DNA of 64,000 nucleotides from an uncultured Chloroflexia bacterium (GTDB lineage Bacteria > Chloroflexota > Anaerolineae > Anaerolineales > E44-bin32). Under the pieces are notes generated by a model. It was not told the origin of the DNA and did not search any database. It saw nothing but the letters and a program-made list of their open reading frames with translations. Of this stretch, positions 55,900-64,000 are shown piece by piece. The position numbers and the translations under genes were made by a program. Each line of letters starts with the position of its first letter. Position 1 is the first letter of the stretch. The stretch lies in contig CAVPYC010000003.1 of assembly GCA_963709925.1 (NCBI GenBank), positions 126,201 through 190,200 on the forward strand. Direction: 5' to 3'.

Positions 55900-56300
55900 G
55901 ACTTCCCCTCCCGCGGTCCCCTGAGGCGCGTGAACCCCCGTTCCCCTCCCCGCCTCGCGGAGCATCCCGCAGCCCTTCGGCAGGCTCTGGGCAGGCTCCG
56001 CGGAGGGAAAGCGGCGGTTGAACGTTTCTTTCCCGTGAAGAAGAGGATCTGCCGCTGAGCCCCGACGCGAAACCTTGCGCAAGAGGCGGGGTCCGCGCCA
56101 CCGACTTGGATCACCAGCGCGCGATGGCGATCGCCCGTCCTCACGTCGCATTCGAGCGGGCGAGGGGGTCGACGATCCTGAGGCAGCGCGGGCGATCGGA
56201 GCGCTACCTTGTGGAAGTGCCCTGACCGGGCATGAGTTCCTTCTGCCAGGTTGCCCTGCAAGGCTGTTGAATCCTTCCCCCATTGCGTGTAACCTGAACT
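55900..56300. repeat. Third locus of the interspersed repeat family (CCTCGCGGAGCATCCCGCAGCC ... CGCGGAGGGAAAGCGGCGGTTGAACG)
   Basis: Shares motif 1 and motif 2 with 30340-30430 and 38460-39060. Confidence 0.5.
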
Positions 56301-56342
56301 CAGGTTCCTCGTCCCTGACCTGATCTCGCTCGGAGCCGCCCC

Positions 56343-57474
56343 ATGCCCGACGACGTCTACACCGAATTGGCCCGCTTCCTCGACAACCTGCCCGGTGGGT
56401 ACCCGGCCACCGAGTCGGGCGTGGAGCGCAAGATCCTCGAGCGGCTGTTCACGCCCGACGAGGCGGCGATCGAGCTGCACCTGTCGTTGATCGACGAAAC
56501 CGCCAAAGTCATCGCCCATCGCGCCCGCCGGCCGGTGGACGAGATCGCCAGGGCTGCTGGACCAGATGGAAGCCAAGGGGCTGATCTACGGCCGGCGCAA
56601 GGCCGGGCATCCGCCGCTCTACAGCGCCATACCCTTCGTGGTCGGGATCTTCGAATTCCAGCTCCACAAGATGGACCCGGAGATCGCCGGCTACTTCGAC
56701 GAGTTCCTGCCCCACCTGCTGGTTCCGCAGGTCTGGAAACAAGCACCGCTACTGCGGACGATCCCGGTGGGGGCCAGCCTGTCCCCCGAGCTGGAGGCCA
56801 TGCCCTACGAGCAGGCCGAAGCCCTGTTGCGGAAGCACTCCAAGTTCGGGGTGGCGGAGTGCGTCTGCCGCCAGCACCAGGCGGTGCTCGACCACCGGTG
56901 CGACAAGCCGATGGAGACCTGCCTGTCGTTCGGCTCGGGGGTGGATTTCTACGTCCGCCACCGCATGGGGCGAGAGATCACGCAGGACGAGGCGCTGGCG
57001 ATCCTGGCCCGGGCCGAAGAGGACGGCCTCGTGCTCCAGCCGTCGGCCTCGGAGCAGGCCGCCTTCATCTGCTGTTGTTGCGGTTGCTGCTGTGGAGTTC
57101 TGGCGACTCTCAAGCGCCACCCCAGCCCCGGCCAGTACGTGCACTCGGCCTTCGTGGCCGTGCTGGACGAGGAGCTGTGCAGCGGGTGCGAGCTGTGCCT
57201 CGACCGCTGCCAGATGCAGGCGCTCGCGTCCGGGGACGGCGGCGTGGTCCTGGATACGGGACGGTGCATCGGGTGCGGGCTGTGCGTGACGGCCTGCCCG
57301 GACGAGGCGCTGGTGCTGATGCGCAAGCCCGAGGACGAGGTCCCGCATCTGCCTTCCACCTTTGCCCAGGCGAACATCCACCTGGGCAAGGTGCGAGGCG
57401 TGATGAGCAATCGGTCGCTGGCGGAGATGTTCATCCGGTCGAAGGTGGATCGGGCTGTGGCCGGAGGCGACTAG
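56343..57474 (+). CDS. 4Fe-4S dicluster ferredoxin-domain protein with Cys-rich CCG-like segment; one frame change near 56550
   Basis: N-terminus MPDDVYTELARFLDNLPGGYPATESGVERKILERLF (56343 frame) joins ORF 56566..57474 with FICCCCGCCCGVL and two CxxCxxCxxxCP motifs (CSGCELCLDRCQ, CIGCGLCVTACP). Confidence 0.65.
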
Positions 57475-58204
57475 GCGGAGGCCATAGCGGTCCCCCGCAA
57501 GCGCCGTCAGCGCGTTCCTCACCGCCTCGCACGTCGGCGCGGGTACGCCCACAACACGGGGCTGCTTAGTTTCCTCGGATCGAGACTGCTCTTCACTCTG
57601 GTTGAAGGGTCTGGTAAGGTCCTGGAGCACAAAGTGGGCTGGCGATTTGAGCAGGCGTGCATCGTTGCAATCGCACCTGCGGCCTAGCTGGGGGGCTCGC
57701 GAGGCGGCGGAACAGATCGGCGCCCGGTTCTTCGAGAATGCCTCCGACATGTCGAAGGCGGAGTCGTGGCGCCACCCTGAATGGGAGAAGTACTGACCGC
57801 GGCCAATGCCTAGATCGGGTCTGGGCCGAAGGAGACTCCCGGTACGCCCTGGAGATCGGATGTCACCGGGCTTCAGTCCAGGGCAGGCCTCGTCCACGGC
57901 AGACGACGACTGTTTCACCGTTTCGTGCCTGTGAATGGGGCCTGGCAATCGGACAGTCAACCTCCTAAACCGCCGATCCTTCCATGCCCTCCGGTCTCTG
58001 CTTCGGGAACTGCCCGGAGGTGGCTTCAATACCAGGCCTTCCTATTGCACCGACCCTGGAGCCGTACCATACTCTGGGGGATGCCACAACTTGGGGCGGT
58101 CTCTCCCAACACTCCAGGACCCTTGATGCGCCCCTTCGCTCAACGGTTTCTCGGCGCGCCTGGATCCCGGCCCTTTGGGAGAGCGCTGGCCCCCGAGCGA
58201 GCGT

Positions 58205-60497
58205 GAAAGCCATTACCGATTCCCTGCTTGTAGCCTGGCGCTGCGCCGCCTCTGAAGCGGTGCGGACGGGCTTCGAAGTCATCGAGCCCGAACACCTCCT
58301 GATCGGGCTCTTCAGGATGCAGGTCTTCGCCGAGCCGGAAAGCTTGCTGAAGGCCGGCTTCTCCCAGAAGGAGGCTGAGGTCGCCTCCATCGAGATTAAG
58401 TCCGTGCTGGAGCTGTTTCAGCGCTACGCGCTGGACCCTGAGACGTCCCGCAGGGAACTGCGCGCGCTGGTCGCCAGACGCCAGCCGCATCCGGAAAGCG
58501 TCTCCACTCAGAACATTCATCGTTCTCCTCGCAGCCGAAAGGTCTTCGAGGGCGCTGAGATCTTGGCCGATGAGGCCGGCCATTCCGCCGTCGGGCCGTT
58601 CCACTTTCTGGTGTCGCTGCTCAGGACGGACGATCGCCCAGCCGAGTTGCTGCAAGCCAGAGGCGTCGATATCGGGAAGATGTGCGGTGAAGCGATCGAA
58701 GCAGCGGCCAAACTGGTCGCACCGGAGAGCCGCGAACAGGGCGAGCCACGCCCGCCTTCCGCCCTCGTCCGCTACGGGAAGGATCTCACCCGGGCCGCCA
58801 CCGACGGCTACATCCACCAGGCGGTCGGCCGCAAGGACGAGATGCTCCAGATCGTGCGCACCCTGAGCCGCGAGACGAAGGCCAATCCGCTCCTGATCGG
58901 CGATCCGGGCGTCGGGAAGACATCGATCGTCGAAGGACTGGCGTGGCGCCTGGCCCAGGGAAACGTACCCGAGACGATCCGGGGCAAGCGCATCGTCCAG
59001 ATCAGCGCCACCGACGTCGTCGCCGGGCTCGAGGGTCCCGGCCAGTTCGAGGAGCGAATCCGGGACCTCGTCCAGGCGGCCAACGAGTTGCCCGATGTGA
59101 TCCTGTTCTTCGAAGAGTTCAACCTGGCGGCCAGCATCCTGCGGGTCGCGTTCTCCGGCGGCGACTTGCGCTGCATCGGGGCCACCACCCGGGAGGACTA
59201 CCGGAAGTACGTCCAGGCGGACGGCGCCCTTGAGCGGCGGTTCCAGCCGATCTATGTCGAAGAGCCGAGTCCCGAGGAGACGATGGACCTCCTGCGAGGG
59301 CTCCAGGCCCGCTTCGTCGGGCGCCACGCCGTGACCATCACTGAAAGCGCGCTGTCGGCGGCGGTCCAACTCTCAGTGAAGTACCTGCCGGAACGGAGGC
59401 TGCCGGACAAGGCGATCGATCTGCTCGACGAGGCCTGTGTGCGCGCCCGGATCACGCGCCTCACCGACGTGCCCGGCCAGCCCGCCGGTCCGGTGCGCGA
59501 TCTCGATGCCGAGGTCGTGGCGGAAGTCGTCTCGGAGTGGACCGGGATCCCGCAGGCGCAGCTTACCGAAGACGAACGCAAGCGGCTCCTGCGCATGGGC
59601 GAGGCCCTGCGCGCCCGCGTTGTCGGTCAGGAGCAGGCCGTCGACGCCGTGGTGGGGGCCATTCAACGCTCGCGCGCCCGCATCAAAGATCCAGACCGCC
59701 CGCTGGCCGTCCTGCTGTTCATGGGTCCCACCGGGGTGGGCAAGACCGAGTTGGCCAAGGCGACCGCTGCCTTCCTGTTTGGATCCGAGAAGGCGATGAC
59801 CCGGCTCGACATGAGCGAGTTCATGAGCGGCTACACCGTATCCCGCTTGATCGGCGCGCCGCCCGGATACATCGGCTACGACAAGGAAGGCCAACTGACC
59901 GGCGCGCTGAGGAAGAAGCCGTTCTCCGTCGTCCTGCTGGACGAAATCGAAAAAGCCCATTCGGATGTGCTCAATCTCCTGCTCCAGGTTTTCGATGACG
60001 GGCGTTTGACAGATGCCACCGGACGGACGGTCAATGCCTCGAACTCGCTCTTCATCATGACATCGAACATCACGCCCGGCCGCGACCTCGGGTTTCGAGC
60101 CGCGGGCGGCGACCCCAGGAAGATCGATCTTGACGAACCGCTGAAGGCCTCCTTCAGGCCCGAGTTCATCAACCGTATTGACGAGATCGTTCCTTTCCGT
60201 TCCCTCGATCGCGACCACCTCAAGAAGATAGCCCGGGTCATGCTCGGCGACCTGGACGAGCGGCTTGCCGCTCAGGATCTGTCTCTGGTCGCAACCGACT
60301 CGGCCATCGATCTCCTTGTGGAAGCCGGATATGACGAGGGCTACGGCGCCCGGCCGATACGGCGAGCGATCGAGCACGCCGTGGAGAACCCGCTCAGCGC
60401 CATGATCGTGCGCGGCGCCGTCAGCAGGGGTCAGGTCGTCCTGGTGGAGGCGCGCGACGGGAAGATCGACATCCGAGCGAAGCAGCAGCATGGATAA
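58205..60497 (+). CDS. Clp/Hsp100-type double-AAA+ ATPase (ClpC/ClpA-like: Clp_N repeats, D1, D2). D1 Walker B appears divergent; start uncertain (ORF opens at 57984)
   Basis: Clp_N (EPEHLLIGLF; GPFHFLVSLL). D1 Walker A LLIGDPGVGKTS. D1 Walker-B position reads VILFFEEF instead of ILFIDELH. D2 LLFMGPTGVGKTELAKA, VVLLDEIEKAH and sensor-2 GARPIRR. Stop TAA at 60495-60497. Confidence 0.8.
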
Positions 60498-61692
60498 GCC
60501 CCCGCCGTCGCGGCGGCTTGACGAGTTCAGGATCCTCCGCCCGCTGGGCGCCGGGGGGTTCGGCAAAGTCTATCTGGCGCGGGACACCGCGCTGGGGCGG
60601 CTGGTGGCCATCAAGGAACTGTACCCTCGGGCCGCCGCCCAGGCCTCCACTTTCAAGCGATTCGTCCAGGAAGCCCGCACCGCCGGGAACCTCAATCACC
60701 CGAACATCGTCACCGTCTACGCGTTCCGGACCCGACAGCCGAACGCATACCTGGTCATGGAATACATCCCCGGAGGAAGCCTCCGCGACCGGCTGAAGAG
60801 GGAAGGCAGGCTCCCTCTCGACGTGGCGGTGCGCTTCGCTGGCGAGGTCTGCAGCGCGCTGGCGGCAGTCCACGCCAAAGGGATCGTCCACCGTGACATC
60901 AAGCCCGAGAACATTCTGCTGACCGACGACGGACACGTCAAAGTGTCCGACTTCGGCATCGCCCATGTCCCGCCCGATGCCGGCGGCGCGTCCCTGACCC
61001 AGACCGGGTTCCAGCCTGGGACGCTGGCGTACATGTCGCCGGAGCAACTGCGCGGAGAGGATCTCACGCCGACGAGCGACGTCTACCAGGTTGCCGTGAC
61101 TCTGTACGAGATGGTGATGGCCCGGCACTACCTCGACGCGAAGGCGCTCTTGAAACAGGCGATGGATGAGGTGAAGGGCGGCCTGCCCGGCGCACCCTCG
61201 GTCCAGGCGCGCTGGATGGCCCTGATCGCCGAGAAAGCGGGCGGGGAGGCGACGTTCGATCCGGGGACGCCGCAGCCCCTGGCTGCCCTGGTTCAACAGA
61301 CGATTTCGGCCCCGGCGGCTGAACGGCTGAGCGCGCAGGCGTTCCTCGAACGACTGCAGGCCGTCGACCTGGCTGCCGCCGGCGCGGCGGCCGGGCCCCC
61401 ACCCGTCGGAGCGGCGGCCGCTCCCGGAGCAGAGCCCCATGTGATCTCGTGCCCGGTCTGCCGCCTCGGGGAAGCGGCGTGCGACGAACCGGTCGTAGGC
61501 GGCGAAATCCGAGAACTGGGCGCGCAGGGAGTCCTCGGCCTGTCGCTCAAGGTGGAGACGGGCGATCTGCAGCGGCTCGAACTGAAACTGCAGCCGCCGT
61601 GGGATTCGCTGATCGGGAAGCTGAAGACCGCCTTCGAAAGCCTCAAGAACGCGGCAAGTCCGTACCCCTGCGGGTGGCCGCCTATCACCTGA
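60490..61692 (+). CDS. Hanks-type Ser/Thr protein kinase with Ala/Pro-rich linker and C-terminal Cys-containing tail
   Basis: GAGGFGKVY, VAIK, HRDIKPENILL, DFG, SPEQ. ATG at 60490 overlaps the clp stop (ATGGATAA). Confidence 0.85.
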   Translation: MDKPPPSRRLDEFRILRPLGAGGFGKVYLARDTALGRLVAIKELYPRAAAQASTFKRFVQEARTAGNLNHPNIVTVYAFRTRQPNAYLVMEYIPGGSLRDRLKREGRLPLDVAVRFAGEVCSALAAVHAKGIVHRDIKPENILLTDDGHVKVSDFGIAHVPPDAGGASLTQTGFQPGTLAYMSPEQLRGEDLTPTSDVYQVAVTLYEMVMARHYLDAKALLKQAMDEVKGGLPGAPSVQARWMALIAEKAGGEATFDPGTPQPLAALVQQTISAPAAERLSAQAFLERLQAVDLAAAGAAAGPPPVGAAAAPGAEPHVISCPVCRLGEAACDEPVVGGEIRELGAQGVLGLSLKVETGDLQRLELKLQPPWDSLIGKLKTAFESLKNAASPYPCGWPPIT

Positions 61693-64000
61693 GCCGCGAG
61701 GGGGAAGGCCTCGTCGCCGGCGCTCAGAGCATCGTCGTCCTCGATCCCGACTGGCTGATCAACGTCACCGACCTGACCGAGGTCGACTTCTGCCAGCGGC
61801 AATTGCCGCTCAACCGCTACAACCCCTCGCCGACGAACAAGCCGATGATCCGCGGCAACTTGGTTCACCAACTCTTCCCGGAGATCTGGCGGGGCTCGAA
61901 TGCCGCCTCCCTCCAGGATACGACCGAACGTCTCCTTCAGACTAGCGCCGAATCGATAGCGCTGGCGGGCACGACCGCCGCCGAAATCGCCGAGCAGGCT
62001 GAACCCCACGTCGCCCATCTGAAGCAGTGGGCCGACAACCGGAAGCGAACCGGGGAGATGGAGCTGCGCACCGAGACCTTCATGATCTCGCCGTCCTTCG
62101 GGATCAAGGGGCGGATCGACGCCCAGTGGGAGAGGGCCGCCCGGCCGGTGACCCTCGGCGAGCTCAAGACCGGCAAGAGCAACGGCGACGATCCAAAGCC
62201 GGGCCACGAACTGCAGCTGCGCTCGTACGCCCTCGGGATGCTGACCCGCGCCGAGGTCGAGCCGTCCGAACTGCATGCCGTCCTGCTCTACACCGGCAAC
62301 GCCGCCTTGGGCGAGACGGGGAAGAACGTGCTGCGGCCGGTGAAGCTCGACATCGCTTCGCTCCGAGCGCTCGATCCTGGTACGCAACGACCTGGTCCTC
62401 ATCGACCACACCGGCGAGGCGGCCTTCGAACTCAATCCCAACAAGTGCGCCCGATGCAGCGCGGAGGTGCCGTGCGCCGTGCTGGCGATCCTCGGCGGCC
62501 ACCAGGATCCGCGCAGCGTGACCAGCCGCGAGCGGCTGGGCGAGAGCGCCGCCCGGTTGACGGCGGAGCATTCGGCCTACTTCCAACACTACGCCAGTCT
62601 CCTGACCGATGAACTGCGGGCGGTCAAGGATGAGTACGCCAAACTGTGGTCGATGAGCGTTGACGACCGAGTGGCCGACGGCAAGGCGATGTGGGTCGGC
62701 GAGGTTCGCCGGCTGGATAGCGGGCAGGGATCGAAGGCTTACGCGCTGCTGGCCGAGGGCGGGCGCAACGACACTGAATTCCGCGTGGGGGACGGGTTGT
62801 TGCTGAGCGCCGACGCTCCGGGGTCGGGCCCCACGGTGCTTGCCGGGGTCGAGGATGTCTCGGCTCAGGGGATCGTCGTCACCACCCAGGACGAACTGCG
62901 CTTCCGACCGTCGCTGGTCGACCTGTACACCGACGAGCGCTTCACCGAGGCCCTTTTCAGCGGGCTGTTCCGTGCCCTAGCGGAGCCGAACCCAGCCATC
63001 GATGCCCTGCTGGCGGGCAAGGCTCCGGCGTTCCTCACGGACGAGGCGCCGGCGATCGGGGGCAAGAAGGGTTTCGGCGAGGTCGAGGATCTCAACCGGG
63101 ATCAGCGTACGGCGCTGGAGCGTTCGCTGCAGGCGGAGGACTACCTGCTCGTCGTCGGGCCGCCTGGCTCGGGCAAGACGATGCTGATCGAGCACATGGT
63201 GCGCGAGCACCTGGCGCAGGGCCGGCGTGTGCTGGTGTGCGCCGGGACGAACCGCGCTTTAGACGAGGCGATGGAGCGGCTGGTAAAGTGGGACCCGGAT
63301 GAGCTTCTTCGCCTGGGCGGCGGGAGCGCTTCGGCCGTCCTGCGCGAGTTCACCCTCGGGAAACTTCATGCAGGGGAGCGCCCCCGATCTCGAGGGACAG
63401 ATTGCCGAGGGGAGACGTTTGCTACGGACGCGGCGGAGTCGTGGGCTCGACGGTGCATACGCTGCTTAGCGGGCGCTACGAGCAGGGCCTGGGGGAGTTT
63501 GACCTGGTGATCGTCGACGAGGCGGCGCAGCTGACCGTGCCGGCGACGCTCGGCGCCATCCGGCTGGCGAAGCGCTTCGTCCTGATCGGCGACCACCGCC
63601 AGCTTCCGGCGGTTGTCGTCGGCGAGGGCTACCGGTCGGGGATCACCGCCGAGGCCGAGGCCAATGGCAACGACCTCGACGTCTCGCTGTTCGAAATCTT
63701 GAGCGACCGGCTGGCGGGCGGGAGGGGGCTCGTCCACCTGCGGGAGCAGTACCGGATGAACAGCGCCATCTGCGAGATCCCTCGCGGCTGTGGTACGAGG
63801 GCGAAGCTGCGGCCTGCCACCAGGGACATCGGGGCTGGCCGCCTACAGCTCTCGCTCGACGCGGCGCTCAACGACCCGGCGCTTTCGCCCCACAAGCCGA
63901 TCGTCGTGATCGACGTCTCGCCGAACGCCGAAGGCGGACCGCGCACAAGCGTTTCGGAGGCGAGGGTGGTATGCAAGTTGGTGCGGGGCTTGCACGACGC
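61674..64000 (+). CDS. Dna2/Nhi-like nuclease-helicase: N-terminal Cas4/DUF83-type PD-(D/E)xK nuclease with Fe-S Cys ligands fused to an SF1B (Upf1/Dna2-like) helicase. At least 3 frame changes; 3' end beyond the window
   Basis: Cas4-like N-terminal motif VDFCQRQLPLNRY. Nuclease core GIKGRIDAQWE...LGELKTGKS. C-terminal C-x2-C-x5-C (NPNKCARCSAEVPC). Helicase motif I LLVVGPPGSGKT, motif II VIVDEAAQL and IGDHRQLPAVV, then LREQYRMNSAI. GTG at 61674 overlaps the kinase's last codons. Confidence 0.7.

Overview
High-GC (~68-70%) bacterial chromosomal window with Gram-positive-like Shine-Dalgarno sites (AAGGAGG/GAGGAGG) and many GTG starts. The left half (1-38.3 kb) is largely core or housekeeping-like. 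It carries a divergent GT4 (TreT-like) gene and a LacI-regulated sugar ABC transporter (SBP plus two permeases), an MFS transporter, copper nitrite reductase nirK, a cold-shock protein, a GNAT acetyltransferase and a ku-ligD NHEJ pair. Next come a MacB/FtsX-type ABC exporter, a GH5 hydrolase, a ~9.3 kb cyclic beta-1,2-glucan synthase (NdvB/Cgs-like, GT84+GH94), a NAD-kinase-like/SPFH pair, an amino-acid permease fused to two USP domains, a HAD hydrolase and a DUF3160 lipoprotein. From ~38.4 to ~55.9 kb lies what looks like an accessory island, bounded on both sides by clusters of a structured interspersed repeat (also present upstream of ndvB). The island holds two ~2.1 kb paralogous copies of a large Ig-like/PT-linker surface-protein gene. 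Each copy has a near-identical ~115-nt non-coding leader (14-bp perfect palindrome AGTACTCGAGTACT plus a conserved stem-loop), a divergent lower-GC 3' end and small membrane-protein genes downstream, an arrangement reminiscent of polymorphic toxin/immunity cassettes. Between and after the copies sit a HepT/MntA pair, a Fic gene, a VapBC pair, a LysM-M23 peptidase and a PHB-depolymerase-type esterase. The right end has a 4Fe-4S protein and an apparent operon of a ClpC-like double-AAA+ ATPase, a Hanks Ser/Thr kinase and a Dna2/Cas4-like nuclease-SF1B helicase that runs off the window. Many genes (at least 20) are interrupted by one or more indel-type frame changes, clustered in some regions; from sequence alone this is either an error-prone assembly or genuine gene decay. 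No rRNA, tRNA or CRISPR array was found.
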